From positions 348,165 to 412,164 of the forward strand of contig CAWAKC010000007.1 of assembly GCA_963782525.1 (NCBI GenBank): a stretch of 64,000 nt of DNA. The letters run 5' to 3'. The notes beneath the pieces were generated by a model. The model was not told the DNA's origin. It did no database searches and was given only the letters and a program-made list of their open reading frames with translations. Source of the DNA: Candidatus Bathyarchaeota archaeon (lineage in GTDB: Archaea > Thermoproteota > Bathyarchaeia > Bathyarchaeales > Bathycorpusculaceae). Positions 17,028-28,050 of the stretch are shown here, piece by piece (the first letter of the stretch is position 1; each line of letters opens with the position of its first letter). Both the position numbers and the translations under genes were made by a program.

Positions 17028-18269
17028 ATGGGAAATTCAAGCGTATTAGATGATGTATTCGAAAACTTCGTGAACGGAGTTAAATTGTTCAAAGACCGAG
17101 AGGTCTTAAGGCACGATTATCTTCCGGAGAAACTTCCACACCGAGAAGACCAGATTCGCCTGTTAGGTGCAACCGTTGCCCCAGTTTTGAGGAATTCAAG
17201 ATGCTCAAACATTTTCATCTATGGAAAAACGGGGACTGGAAAAACGGCCGTAACTAAATACGTTTTAAGTCACTTGGAGTCTAAAGCAAAGGAATATGGT
17301 GCACAAGTAAAATTCTGCTACATCAACTGCCGAATGACTGGGTCTGAATACCGCGTTTTCGCAAGCCTTAGCCAAAGCGTGGGGTTATCAATACCCTTTA
17401 CAGGTCTATCTGCAGGAGAAGTTTTTGACCGTTTTCGTCAAGGATTAGATCAATCCAGAATAATATTTATCATCATTTTAGATGAAGTTGACGCCCTGAT
17501 CAAGGAACACGGCGACTCATTCATGTACGAGTTAACCAGGATAAACGAAACTTTAACCAAAAGCAAAGTTGCACTAATCGGCATATCCAACGACCTGCGG
17601 CTAAAAGAATTCCTCGACCCAAGAGTCTTCAGTTCTCTGAGCGAAGAAGAATTGGTCTTCAGACCTTATGATGCAGGTGAACTTCGAAATATATTGCTTG
17701 AACGGTCGAAGCTCTCCTTCCAAGATGGCGTTCTCACTGATTCAGCATTGAGCATTTGCTCGGCTTTAGCTGCAGCCGAACATGGAGACGCGCGGCGAGC
17801 TTTGGATTTGTTGCGCGTTGCTGGGGAAGTTGCTGAGCGGTTGGGAGCGAAAACGATCACAGAAGAACACGTGCGCCAAGCTGAAAAACACATCGAGCAT
17901 AACCGCGTTGTAGATGCCCTCAACAACTTAACGTTGCATTCCAAGCTCGTATTACTAAGCGTTTATCACTTAAACAAATCAAGCGCAACTACCGGAGAAA
18001 TCTATGATATCTACAATGAATTGTGCGGTGAAATGGGCGCTGGGCTTCTAACTCAACGTCGTTTAGGTACTTTGGTTAATGAGCTTGATTCAATGGGGCT
18101 TGTGAATGCAAAAGTAGTAAGCATGGGCCGATACGGCAGAACCAAAAAAATCCGTTTGGAGATTTCTCGCAGCTTAATTCGCGACGTCTTCAGCAGCGAT
18201 AACCGTTTTAGTCACTTACTTGAGTACTCGCCCCAAGTTTCCAACAAAAAGCCAAACAACAGTACATAG
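17028..18269 (+). CDS. cdc6: Orc1/Cdc6 replication initiator
   Basis: LPHRE, GKTGTGKT Walker A, ILDEVD Walker B, HGDARRALDLLR, C-terminal wHTH with GRYGRTK. Confidence 0.98.
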   Translation: MGNSSVLDDVFENFVNGVKLFKDREVLRHDYLPEKLPHREDQIRLLGATVAPVLRNSRCSNIFIYGKTGTGKTAVTKYVLSHLESKAKEYGAQVKFCYINCRMTGSEYRVFASLSQSVGLSIPFTGLSAGEVFDRFRQGLDQSRIIFIIILDEVDALIKEHGDSFMYELTRINETLTKSKVALIGISNDLRLKEFLDPRVFSSLSEEELVFRPYDAGELRNILLERSKLSFQDGVLTDSALSICSALAAAEHGDARRALDLLRVAGEVAERLGAKTITEEHVRQAEKHIEHNRVVDALNNLTLHSKLVLLSVYHLNKSSATTGEIYDIYNELCGEMGAGLLTQRRLGTLVNELDSMGLVNAKVVSMGRYGRTKKIRLEISRSLIRDVFSSDNRFSHLLEYSPQVSNKKPNNST

Positions 18270-19847
18270 TTAATTGAACGAAAGGACTGTAGTCTGTAAG
18301 GTTTGTAGGTTCACAACCGGTACCATACCAGGTGTAGGAACCAACCCTAATTTTTCCATATAGTCTGTTTGGTCTTGCCAACCGCCAGAATTAACAACCA
18401 ATACGCCACGGTAGTTGCAGTAACCTATCACGTGTATGTGTCCTGCATGAAAAATGTCAGGAATTCTATCCACGACGAGGTAGTCTCGGTTTTCTGGGGA
18501 CAACATGGTTTTCCCACCGTACACAGGCGCTAAATGTCGACTCTGCATAAGAAGCCGCATCGCTTTCTCAGGATGCGCATGATCCATTCCAGGTATAACA
18601 GCGATTATGTCGTCTAAGCTTCGGCCATGGTACATTAAAACATCAACGCCATGCAGACTTAGAAGGCATGGGCTTCCGACAGAATGAATGTTGTTCATTC
18701 CCTTTATGCCCGTTAAATAACCTTCTGGTATGGCTGGTTGTGGTAAGGATTTGCGTGCTGCGTCATGGTTTCCTGGTGACAGAAAAATCTCGATGTAGCT
18801 GGGAATTTTTTCAAGGTACTTGGCGGCGTAATTGTATTGTTTGTGCACATCCCGTATGGTTAACTCGTTCTGTTGACCGGGGTAGATTCCTACTCCGTCC
18901 ACGATGTCTCCCGCAACGAGGAGGTATTTTACTCGACTTGCGATTTCCTTCATCTCTGGCGTTCCATACTTGCCCCTAAGCCACAGAATAAATCTCCTGA
19001 ATGATTCTTTGGTGAATTTTGTGCTGCCTATGTGGATGTCCGACGTGAGGACTGCGTAAACTGGTTCTTGGGCTCTTTGCTGCTGTTTTCTTCCGATGTC
19101 TGGAAAGATTATATCTTCAGCCATGAACAGGTTGGTCCGCGTTTTGATGACTGCTAAACAGATTACTTGGTCAGGTAACAGCATAAGTGCTTTTTTCTTG
19201 ACTTCTTCGGGGGCTTTTTGAGGCACAAGAACAGTTGCGCTTCCGTCCAAGTCCTCGACCGAGAGGATAGTGTGGTTTTTTGAATCCCGCTTCTCGGTTA
19301 ACATGCAGATTATTTTGAGTTTGGTTTTGGCCGGTGACTTGAGTGCCTCTGTTATAGGCGTTGCTGCTTTAACATCCATTCTTTGCCGAAGCAAGCGTTC
19401 GATGCGCTTGAAGCGGTCTTGGAAGTACGCGACATACTCGTCTAGGGTTCCGTTTGAGGTCAATTTGCCTGTGGCATCATCGAGGATTTTGATGTCTGCG
19501 GGTATGTCTTTGGCATATGGATAGAACTCGACTTCATCTAAACCTTCAGTTGTTATTGGACGATCAAATTTTATGGGTGGTTCAGGCATAGTTTGTGTCT
19601 TTGATATAGGCTCTTCTGTTATGGTAATTGTTGGCTGATGTATTAGTGCTTCCAAAAAAACCCGTTCAATAAACATTGGCTTATCTTGTAACAAATCTAT
19701 TTTTTCAAGCGCCAGATTCGTTATGGTGATTGGATCATTTGTTTCTGCGTTCTGTATTAGGAACTCAAAGGCTTCGCTGTTAAGTTGGTATCCCGCAGCC
19801 ATTATCGCTTGAATAGCTCGTTGCAGTTTTTCTTGTGCACTCATCAA
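18270..19847 (-). CDS. polB: DNA polymerase D small (proofreading) subunit DP1
   Basis: SDIHIGS, AGDIVDGVGIYPGQ, PGNHD, YHGRS and HAGHIH phosphoesterase motifs. Confidence 0.97.
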   Translation of the reverse strand: MMSAQEKLQRAIQAIMAAGYQLNSEAFEFLIQNAETNDPITITNLALEKIDLLQDKPMFIERVFLEALIHQPTITITEEPISKTQTMPEPPIKFDRPITTEGLDEVEFYPYAKDIPADIKILDDATGKLTSNGTLDEYVAYFQDRFKRIERLLRQRMDVKAATPITEALKSPAKTKLKIICMLTEKRDSKNHTILSVEDLDGSATVLVPQKAPEEVKKKALMLLPDQVICLAVIKTRTNLFMAEDIIFPDIGRKQQQRAQEPVYAVLTSDIHIGSTKFTKESFRRFILWLRGKYGTPEMKEIASRVKYLLVAGDIVDGVGIYPGQQNELTIRDVHKQYNYAAKYLEKIPSYIEIFLSPGNHDAARKSLPQPAIPEGYLTGIKGMNNIHSVGSPCLLSLHGVDVLMYHGRSLDDIIAVIPGMDHAHPEKAMRLLMQSRHLAPVYGGKTMLSPENRDYLVVDRIPDIFHAGHIHVIGYCNYRGVLVVNSGGWQDQTDYMEKLGLVPTPGMVPVVNLQTLQTTVLSFN

Positions 19848-20078
19848 TTCTGCCCTTGCCCATGGTTAAATGCGTTTTTTTATGTTACGCAGTTACGCTG
19901 TTGAGTTATTTACTGTTTTTCGTTTGCCGACTATTTTTTTGGAATAAAGTTTGGCATGACATTTTTGTCTCTTAACATTGGTTTGATTGTTTTTCTAAAT
20001 TAAAGTTATGAAAAATCAACTCAATTTATATAAGCTGATTCTAGTTTAGATAGGTTGTAACTTTCGGAGAGATATCGT

Positions 20079-21053
20079 TTGGGTGAATCACGGAAAATTC
20101 AGCAGACACCAACGGGCACTTTCTTTGTTTGCTTGCCGAGAGATTGGGCAAATGAATCTGGCTTAAAGAAGGGTATTCAAGTAAATTTGGAAGTTACCAG
20201 CGATGGGAAACTTCTTGTTGATCCCAAAAATGCTGTTGAACCTGAACCCAAAGTAGCTACTTTAGGAGTTGGTCCATTTTTGGGACGTGAAATAGTCGGC
20301 AGATACCTGTTGGGCTATGATACTATTAACATTGAGGCAAAGGGCCGCATAGATGCAGCGGCTAGGAATATTGTTAAGTCGACTGCTAGTTCGCTGGCTG
20401 GTTTAGAGATAGTTGAGGAAACAAGTTGCAGGATTTCATTACAGAGTATTGCTCAGCAACCGTTTGGTTTTTTGCCTCAAAAGATCCTGCAGCGAAATCA
20501 TGGTTTAGTGGCTGGAATGATTCGTGACGTTTCTAATTCGTTCATTACGAGCGATTTAGAATTAGCAAAAAGTGTTGTTTCCCGAGATAATGAAAGCAAC
20601 CGACTTTATTTCTTGTTGGTTAGAACTCTGCGTACCATTATCCAGAACCCACAGTTAAGTGAGAAACTGGGGATTACTCCTATTGAATGCTTGGACTACC
20701 GTTTAGCGGCAAGCCTAATCGAAGGCATCGGCGACGCATGCGTGCAAGTAGCCTCAAACACCATGGCGCTTAATGGAGCAAAACTATCAGAAGAACTGCG
20801 GAAGCTACTGATTGAATTGCAGTCAACCTGTTGCGAAGCCAATGAACGGGCACTCAAAGCATTCCTGACCAAAGACATCTCGGTCGCAGAAAACGTGCGT
20901 AGTTTGAACAAAAAAGTCGAAGATACGTACGTTAGAATTGAACAAGCCGCAAAAGAATCCTCGGTGGACCTGATGCCTCAGATTTTGGCAGCAGTGTCTT
21001 TTCTTAGGCAGATTTACGAGCGCAGCGTTGACATGGCTGACCTAGTTGTCTAA
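20079..21053 (+). CDS. PhoU-family phosphate uptake regulator with N-terminal AbrB domain
   Basis: RKIQQTPTGTFFVCLPRDWA AbrB motif, YLLGYDTI, two PhoU repeats. Confidence 0.9.
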   Translation: MGESRKIQQTPTGTFFVCLPRDWANESGLKKGIQVNLEVTSDGKLLVDPKNAVEPEPKVATLGVGPFLGREIVGRYLLGYDTINIEAKGRIDAAARNIVKSTASSLAGLEIVEETSCRISLQSIAQQPFGFLPQKILQRNHGLVAGMIRDVSNSFITSDLELAKSVVSRDNESNRLYFLLVRTLRTIIQNPQLSEKLGITPIECLDYRLAASLIEGIGDACVQVASNTMALNGAKLSEELRKLLIELQSTCCEANERALKAFLTKDISVAENVRSLNKKVEDTYVRIEQAAKESSVDLMPQILAAVSFLRQIYERSVDMADLVV

Positions 21054-21174
21054 CCCCTATTCTTACTTGGCACACCTTATTGGTTGCAAAAAATTCCAAT
21101 ACGACCTCCCCCCCAATAGGTTTCTGCATAGAACTGCTTGGGGAACCAAATATGTTGGTTAACACTCAAGACGG

Positions 21175-21660
21175 TTATTGTCTGTCGTATTTTTCAAATT
21201 CATTATTCACTATGGCAAGATCGATTCCCGCTTGTTTGAACATCTCGATTGTATCGGCGTCAGCGTGATAGCGTTTCTCACAGACTACGCGTTTGATTCC
21301 AGCGTTTATTATCATCATTGCGCAGGTTCGGCATGGAGTCATCTTGCAAAAAAGTGTTGCTCCCTCAAGTGGAATTCCAAACCTAGCTGCTTGGATGATG
21401 GCGTTCTGCTCAGCATGCAGCGTGCGGACGCAATGCTGAGTGACTTCTCCGTTTGAGTTGAATACTTTACGCATGTCATGTCCCGCTTCGTCACAGTGGG
21501 GCAGCCCCGCTGGAGCACCGACGTAACCAGTGGTCATGATTCGTTTATCCTTGACAATGACGCAGCCGCTTCTGCCTCGATCGCATGTTGCGCGTCTAGC
21601 CACGGCTTCACACATATCTAAGAAGTACCTGTCCCAATTTGGTCTGGTGTTAGTGCTCAT
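21175..21660 (-). CDS. dCMP deaminase (ComEB family)
   Basis: RPNWDRYF, HAEQNAI and PCRTC motifs. Confidence 0.93.
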   Translation of the reverse strand: MSTNTRPNWDRYFLDMCEAVARRATCDRGRSGCVIVKDKRIMTTGYVGAPAGLPHCDEAGHDMRKVFNSNGEVTQHCVRTLHAEQNAIIQAARFGIPLEGATLFCKMTPCRTCAMMIINAGIKRVVCEKRYHADADTIEMFKQAGIDLAIVNNEFEKYDRQ

Positions 21661-21733
21661 TATTTTTATGCCTCGATAGTTTTAGAAACATAGTTCACAC
21701 AACGAATTAATAAATTGTATCTGCATAGAACCA

Positions 21734-23047
21734 TTATTTTTCGAGGATGTGGATTTCTCTGCCAATCATATGGCGTTCATCCATTTCCACTAAAGAGGCT
21801 GCATGAAGGAGATTGTCGAGTCCGCCTGCGTTCTGCGAGAACATTTCTTTTGAGAAAGCATAAACCCTCCTGAACCCAAGTTCATCAAGCTTTTCGTTGA
21901 TCGGCATGGTTATAGATTGTCTTATACGTGTTTTAATGTACGGCGTTACCATCACCAAGCGACCGCTTGGCTTTAGTGTCATGTATGCTTGTTCCAAAAA
22001 ACCAATGTACAGCGGTTCAAGCTTCTGGATGATTTTTTCGGCATAAGGACCCGTGGGCACTTGCCGTAGGGCTGGACCCAAATCAGGTTCACAAACGATG
22101 CAATCCATTGTTTCCTGTCCAACCTTCTCCACTAGCTTGTTAACGTTTCCTTGCAGAACTCGAAAATCCGCACCCTCAAGCCCATACTCGCGTACTAACC
22201 ACTCGAGATTCTCGGTTGCAGCTTTAACGCACCAGGGGTTAACATCCATGCCCACTACCATTGCCTTCTCCTGCAGAGCTTCTTGGAGAATTGTGCCGAC
22301 TCCGCAGAATGGATCAAGCAGGACCTTTCCAATTTTACATGCGGACAAATTAACCATCATCCTCGCCAACCTTGGTGGCATCCCAAAGATTTTGCGTTGG
22401 TTAGGTTTGTAAATGTCCCTTTTCTGAAATTCAAACGGGTTATGCACAGCAACCGTGGTTGCAACCCACGTTTCAGATCTGCCAATGCAGAATAGTACTT
22501 CGGCTTTGCTAGCAACTAAGTTCTTCTTTAACACTTCAACATGGCTTAGCTGGGCAAGTTTTCTATCGCTACCGAACCCCATGAAATTCGCTTTCTTGCC
22601 CAAGAGAGCCAAAGTATCCTTAACAGTACTTCCGACGAACCTTTGAATGGCACTTGACGACGAGCGAAGAGTGCTTTCAGTGCAGTATACACTAACTCCA
22701 AACAGCTCCTTCTCAGGCGATTTAGCCATCCCCTCGACTAAACTGCCTGCCGCTAATGATTCAGTCATTTCTATTTTGGCTTGTTTGTTTTTTTTAAGGA
22801 ACGCTTCCTTCACAGTTTCAGTTGAAAACTTGGTTTTTACTTCAGCTATTTTTATCGTGCCGCCCAGATCAGCCATGACAGCGGGGGCTGCAAAATCTTC
22901 CTTAAAGGACAGGACGAAGAATTCTCCAGAAAACAATTGGATTTCAAAATCGATTTCTCTGGCTTTAAAGTAAGAGGTGAGCTCCGCTAAAGAGAGCATC
23001 CAGTTTTTTCCTGAAATAAACAGTTTTGCTGGCATTCTGAAAATCAA
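21734..23047 (-). CDS. Trm11/TrmG10-like tRNA (guanine-N2) methyltransferase
   Basis: MPPRLARMMVNL and LDPFCGVGTILQEA SAM motif; THUMP-like N-terminal region. Confidence 0.8.
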   Translation of the reverse strand: MIFRMPAKLFISGKNWMLSLAELTSYFKAREIDFEIQLFSGEFFVLSFKEDFAAPAVMADLGGTIKIAEVKTKFSTETVKEAFLKKNKQAKIEMTESLAAGSLVEGMAKSPEKELFGVSVYCTESTLRSSSSAIQRFVGSTVKDTLALLGKKANFMGFGSDRKLAQLSHVEVLKKNLVASKAEVLFCIGRSETWVATTVAVHNPFEFQKRDIYKPNQRKIFGMPPRLARMMVNLSACKIGKVLLDPFCGVGTILQEALQEKAMVVGMDVNPWCVKAATENLEWLVREYGLEGADFRVLQGNVNKLVEKVGQETMDCIVCEPDLGPALRQVPTGPYAEKIIQKLEPLYIGFLEQAYMTLKPSGRLVMVTPYIKTRIRQSITMPINEKLDELGFRRVYAFSKEMFSQNAGGLDNLLHAASLVEMDERHMIGREIHILEK

Positions 23048-23201
23048 AAGTAAACTAACTATATAAGTAAGTTACCTTTAAACTCTCAAATATTGCTTGT
23101 TTAGTAAATATCTGGAAGTTAGAAAATGCACGGAATTATCGTCGCAGATTTACAAATCGTTTAAATACCGCTGGAATGTGTAGGTTAAAAAGGGACGTTG
23201 T

Positions 23202-23759
23202 ATGCAAGCACGAAACTATAGGCACGTAAAGAATCGCGCCTACACACGAAAGAAATATGCAAGAGGTTTTCCACCACCAAAAATAGTAAAGTTTACTATG
23301 GGCGATACCAAGGGTAGCTTTGCACTCGAAGGCAGGCTTATCGCCTTACAACGCGCACAAATCCGCCACAGCGCGTTAGAAGCAGCACGTGTAGCTACAA
23401 ACCGTATCCTAATGGATAAACTCATAAACGAATACCTCATGGTCGTTAACCTGTATCCTCACATTATTCTAAGAGAAAACAAAATGATTTTCGGCGCTCA
23501 CGCTGACCGACTTCAACAGGGAATGAGACGTTCCTTCGGAACAGCAATTGGCACAGCAGCAAAAGTTGAGGTAGACCAAACCATCATTACAGTCAAAGTT
23601 AAAGCAGGCCAAGAAGCAGTTGCCAAAGAGTCACTTAAAAGAGGAAGCGCAAAACTTCCAATCCCCTGCAAAATAGTCATCTCCAAAATTCAAGTTTCTC
23701 CAACAATAATGGAAACAGCCGAATCCGAAGCGCTTGAAGCGGAGACGGAGACGACTTGA
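23202..23759 (+). CDS. rpl10e: 50S ribosomal protein uL16 (L10e)
   Basis: QIRHSALEAAR, YPHIILRENK, GAHADRLQQGMRRSFG. Confidence 0.97.
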   Translation: MQARNYRHVKNRAYTRKKYARGFPPPKIVKFTMGDTKGSFALEGRLIALQRAQIRHSALEAARVATNRILMDKLINEYLMVVNLYPHIILRENKMIFGAHADRLQQGMRRSFGTAIGTAAKVEVDQTIITVKVKAGQEAVAKESLKRGSAKLPIPCKIVISKIQVSPTIMETAESEALEAETETT

Positions 23760-26185
23760 CCGTAAGAGAGAAAGAGCTCGTTTTATGGTTTGAAGATGTA
23801 AGAAATGTTGATGTTTCCATTGTTGGCGGCAAAAATGCCAGCCTTGGAGAAATGATTAATTCGGGACTTCCTGTCCCTCCTGGTTTTGCAATAACTGCTT
23901 TTTCGTATGAACGTTATATTCAAGAGAAAAAAATTGCTGAGCAAATTTACAAAGTCATAAAGGAAACAGTCACAGACCCAAACGACCCCAAACAGTACGA
24001 TGTTGCATCCAAAAAAATCCGTGAGCTCATCGAAAAAACACCTATGCCCAAAGACATAGAAGACGCTATTAGAACAGCCTATAAGGACTTAAATAAGCGG
24101 CTTGAACTCAAGGATACTTTTGTTGCAGTGCGGTCAAGCGCGACAGCCGAAGATTTACCTGACGCATCATTTGCGGGTCAACAGGAAACTTACCTTAACG
24201 TTAAAGGCGCAGATGACCTTATCGACAAGGTGAGAAAATGCTGGTCCAGCCTTTTCACTCCACGCGCAATATTTTACCGCAACGAAAAAGGATTCCCACA
24301 CGAAAAAGTCTTCATAAGCGTCGGCGTCCAAAAAATGGTTAACTCTGGATGCGCCGGAGTTATGTTCACCATAAACCCGGTAACTGGAAACCGCGATGAG
24401 ATTGTCATCGAAGGCAACTACGGGTTAGGAGAAACGGTTGTTTCAGGTGCCGTTAACCCAGACGACTTTGTCGTTGACAAAGCTACAACTACAATTAAGG
24501 AACGACGAATTGCTCGCAAGACGGTAGAGTACATCCGTGACCCCAAGACAGGAAAAACAGTACACTTAGAAATTCCACCGGAAAAGCAGAAAATAACCTG
24601 CATAGAAGACCGCGAACTCTTAGCGCTCGCAGAACTTGCAAAACGAATCGAGAAGCACTACGGCAAACCCATGGATATTGAATGGGCAATCGACCAAGAC
24701 CTGTCTTATCCACAGAACATGTTTATCGTTCAAGCTAGGCCAGAAACAGTTTTTGGTACAAAAGAAATGGAAGCACCTAAAATGGAAGACACAAGAGCTC
24801 AAGAACAACTAAAAGTTGTAGTGAGAGGAATCTCTGCTGGACGAAGGGGCTACGGCATAGGAAAAGCAACAGTCGTTTTAAATCCTGACGATGCAAACAG
24901 AGACATGAAAAAAGGCGACATTCTTGTTACAGGAATGACGGATCCTGATTTTGTACCCTTTATGAAAATGGCCAGTGCGATCGTTACCGATAAAGGCGGA
25001 ATCACATCTCACGCAGCTATCGTGAGCCGAGAACTCAACATTCCATGCGTCGTGGGCACCGAAACCGCAACCCAAGTAATGAAGACAAGTAAAGAATACA
25101 CTGTAGATTCAAGGAACGGCGTTATCTACGAAGGCATATTGGCGCAGGCAATTCAGCCAGCCACACCAAACAACGACTGCGGAATCATGCAGGTTGCCGA
25201 GGCAGCCCCCGTAACAGCTACAAAGATTTACATGAACCTCGGAACGCCCGAGATGATTGAACAATACAAGAACTTACCCTTCGAAGGCATCGGGCTCATG
25301 CGCACTGAATTCATCTTAGCCAGCGCTATCGGCAAGCACCCCATGGCGTTTGTAGATGAAGGCAAAAGCCAAGAATTCGTCGATAAACTCGCAGACGGCA
25401 TAGCCACTGTTGCCCGCGCAATCCAGCCTAAACCAGTCGTGGTACGTTTAAGCGACTTTAAAACTAACGAATACCGCGGCTTAAAAGGCGGCGAAAAATA
25501 CGAAATCATAGAAGAAAACCCTATGTTGGGTTGGAGAGGGTGCAGCCGCTACATAAGCAAATGGTACGACAAAGCCTTCCGTCTGGAATGCCAAGCTATC
25601 AAGAAATGTCGCACCGAATGGGCGCTCAAAAACGTCTACGTCATGCTGCCCATGGTCCGAACTCTCTGGGAAGCAAAAGCGGTCCTTCAAATCATGAAGG
25701 AAGAAGGCTTAGAACGCAACAAAGACTTCAAGGTATGGTTCATGGCTGAAACACCCTCCATCGGAATCATGGCAGACGAATTCAGCAAACTCGTCGACGG
25801 CTTCAGCATAGGCTCAAACGACATGACCCAAGGAGTTCTCATGATTGATCGCGACTCTGAACGGTTAGGACAAATGGGGTACTTCGACGAACGTGACCCA
25901 GCAGTCAAACGCATCATCGCCCACCTTATCAAAGCTGCACACGAAAACGGCTGCACAGTTAGCATTTGCGGCGAAGGGCCTTCAAATATGCCTGACTTCG
26001 CAGAGTTCCTCGTTCGAGTAGGCATCGACAGCATATCTGTCAACAACGACGCCGTTGTCGCAACACGCAAACACGTTGCAAGCGTAGAACAAAAAATAAT
26101 CCTTGAACGCCTCGCAGAACAAGCAGCATTAGCACGTGGACAACCGCTCAAGAAGCCAAAGCAAGACTGGGAATGGCAACTCTAA
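23756..26185 (+). CDS. ppsA: phosphoenolpyruvate synthase
   Basis: VGGKNASLGEM, VAVRSSATAEDLPDASFAGQQET, GGITSHAAIVSRE, FSIGSNDMTQ. Confidence 0.97.
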   Translation: MTVREKELVLWFEDVRNVDVSIVGGKNASLGEMINSGLPVPPGFAITAFSYERYIQEKKIAEQIYKVIKETVTDPNDPKQYDVASKKIRELIEKTPMPKDIEDAIRTAYKDLNKRLELKDTFVAVRSSATAEDLPDASFAGQQETYLNVKGADDLIDKVRKCWSSLFTPRAIFYRNEKGFPHEKVFISVGVQKMVNSGCAGVMFTINPVTGNRDEIVIEGNYGLGETVVSGAVNPDDFVVDKATTTIKERRIARKTVEYIRDPKTGKTVHLEIPPEKQKITCIEDRELLALAELAKRIEKHYGKPMDIEWAIDQDLSYPQNMFIVQARPETVFGTKEMEAPKMEDTRAQEQLKVVVRGISAGRRGYGIGKATVVLNPDDANRDMKKGDILVTGMTDPDFVPFMKMASAIVTDKGGITSHAAIVSRELNIPCVVGTETATQVMKTSKEYTVDSRNGVIYEGILAQAIQPATPNNDCGIMQVAEAAPVTATKIYMNLGTPEMIEQYKNLPFEGIGLMRTEFILASAIGKHPMAFVDEGKSQEFVDKLADGIATVARAIQPKPVVVRLSDFKTNEYRGLKGGEKYEIIEENPMLGWRGCSRYISKWYDKAFRLECQAIKKCRTEWALKNVYVMLPMVRTLWEAKAVLQIMKEEGLERNKDFKVWFMAETPSIGIMADEFSKLVDGFSIGSNDMTQGVLMIDRDSERLGQMGYFDERDPAVKRIIAHLIKAAHENGCTVSICGEGPSNMPDFAEFLVRVGIDSISVNNDAVVATRKHVASVEQKIILERLAEQAALARGQPLKKPKQDWEWQL

Positions 26186-26262
26186 GCCGAACTCACCCCA
26201 TCCGTGCAATCTTCAGTTTTTTATTTCCTTTCTTCTCCTAATCTTAAAAGTGAGGGCAGCGT

Positions 26263-27264
26263 ATGATAGGGTTTGATTTTGAAGAAGAACGTATAAAACA
26301 AGAGATCACCAAACTCGATGCCAAACGTGTTCTACTTCAGATGCCTGAGGGATTAAAGCCTGAAGCTCCAAAATTAGCCAAAATCGTTGAGAAAAGTGGT
26401 GCAGTCGCGATAATTTCTGCTGACCCCTGCTACGGCGCCTGCGACATAGCCGTCTCTGAAGCGGAGGGTTTCGGCGTGGATTTGATTGTGCATTTTGGCC
26501 ACTCAAAGATGGTTAAGGACGAGGCAGTACCAACGATTTACGTGGAAGCCCGAGCAACCGTAACGGTCGATGAGGCAGTGGAAAAATCCCTGCCACTCTT
26601 GAAAGATTACACCACTGTTGGTTTAGCAACTTCGGTGCAGCACCTGCAAGCGTTAAACCAAGCCAGAGAAATCCTGACCCGCGCAGGAAAAACCGTCATA
26701 GTCGGGGACACAGGGCAAATCGCCTATCCGGGGCAAGTGAGCGGCTGCAACTACAGCAATGCCAAATCCATAGCAGACGAAGTTGAAGCATTCCTCTTTG
26801 TAGGCGGCGGCATGTTTCACGCGTTGGGCATCGCACTGAATACTTCGAAGCCAACTATCATAGCTGACCCTTACGATAACCGAGCTTACCCCATCAACGC
26901 AGAAGCACAAACGATACTAAAACAACGCTTCGCAAGCATCCAAGAAGCCAAAAACGCAAAAAAGTTTGGGATTTTTGTGGGGTTAAAGCCTGGGCAGAAA
27001 CATTTGGAAAACGCGTTGCATGTGAAGGCGGTGGCTGAGAAAAATGGCAAAGCAGCTTATTTGTTGGCGGCTAGAGAAATCACTCCAGAAACCCTCTTAG
27101 AATTCCCATCAATCGATGCCTACGTGAACACGGCTTGCCCAAGGGTTTCTCTTGAAGTCACGGGGAAGTTCCAAAAGCCTGTTTTGACGGTTAACGAGTT
27201 TATGGTGGTTTGCGGCGAATCTTCATGGGAGAACATGCTCAAAAAAGGCTTATTCGAAAACTAG
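26263..27264 (+). CDS. dph2: diphthamide biosynthesis enzyme Dph2
   Basis: LQMPEGLK, PCYGACD, HFGHS, GQVSGC and TACPR motifs. Confidence 0.95.
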   Translation: MIGFDFEEERIKQEITKLDAKRVLLQMPEGLKPEAPKLAKIVEKSGAVAIISADPCYGACDIAVSEAEGFGVDLIVHFGHSKMVKDEAVPTIYVEARATVTVDEAVEKSLPLLKDYTTVGLATSVQHLQALNQAREILTRAGKTVIVGDTGQIAYPGQVSGCNYSNAKSIADEVEAFLFVGGGMFHALGIALNTSKPTIIADPYDNRAYPINAEAQTILKQRFASIQEAKNAKKFGIFVGLKPGQKHLENALHVKAVAEKNGKAAYLLAAREITPETLLEFPSIDAYVNTACPRVSLEVTGKFQKPVLTVNEFMVVCGESSWENMLKKGLFEN

Positions 27265-27938
27265 ATTTAGAGCGGTTCCTCTCCACTATTGCTCCCCAAT
27301 CTAACCCTAAAGCTCATCTTGAACAGTACACGTCCTCTGAGCAGCTTGCTGCAAACATGCTCTATATCGCTGCCTACGCAAACGACGATATCTTTGGTAG
27401 GTCAATTCTGGATTTGGGCTGTGGCACAGGCAGACTTGCTTTAGGTGCATTGTGTCTTGGCGCCAAGGAAGTAGTCGGTATAGACATTGATAGATCAGCA
27501 ATCAACACGGCTTCTGCCAACTCTAAGAAAACCGATTTAGCAAACGGCGTGCAGTGGGTTCTTGGCGACATAAGCGCTGTCGTCGGAAGGTTTGATACGA
27601 TTTTGCAGAATCCGCCGTTTGGTGTGCAGACGCGTGGGGCTGATCGTGCGTTCTTGGTTAAGGCTCTTGAAGTTGGCAACTCAATCTATTCGTTGCATAA
27701 TCACCCGGAAGTTGATGCCCGATTGATAAAGCAGCTTAAAGCTAGCCAAGGGTTCTTGCAGGTTCAGGCTTCGCCTTTTCTTGAAAGGTTCATTTGCCAA
27801 TATGGCGGCTCTATACAGGGGGTGTATGGTATGCTTATGACGATTCCTCGGATGTTTGATTTTCACACTAAACTAAAATATGATTTCGTCATCGACTTGT
27901 ATGTTATAAAAAAGCAAAGTTCTAATCAGGTTCTTTGA
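27210..27938 (+). CDS. METTL5-family RNA N6-adenine methyltransferase
   Basis: LEQYT, DLGCGTG, NPPFG and YSLH motifs. Confidence 0.9.
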   Translation: MRRIFMGEHAQKRLIRKLDLERFLSTIAPQSNPKAHLEQYTSSEQLAANMLYIAAYANDDIFGRSILDLGCGTGRLALGALCLGAKEVVGIDIDRSAINTASANSKKTDLANGVQWVLGDISAVVGRFDTILQNPPFGVQTRGADRAFLVKALEVGNSIYSLHNHPEVDARLIKQLKASQGFLQVQASPFLERFICQYGGSIQGVYGMLMTIPRMFDFHTKLKYDFVIDLYVIKKQSSNQVL

Positions 27939-28050
27939 TTGCCAAGGAAAACTGTTTTTTGTTTATTAATCAAAAGGTTTATTGCGTGGATTGGAAACTA
28001 AGCATATGCATTTATCAAAATAAGTTTATTTACAGGTTAAGGGAACCATC

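Noticed and set aside
18267-18272. Abutting cdc6/DP1 stops and other short convergent overlaps (nob1/DUF2070, mazG/wHTH, hel308/purB)
   Set aside because: Common in compact archaeal genomes
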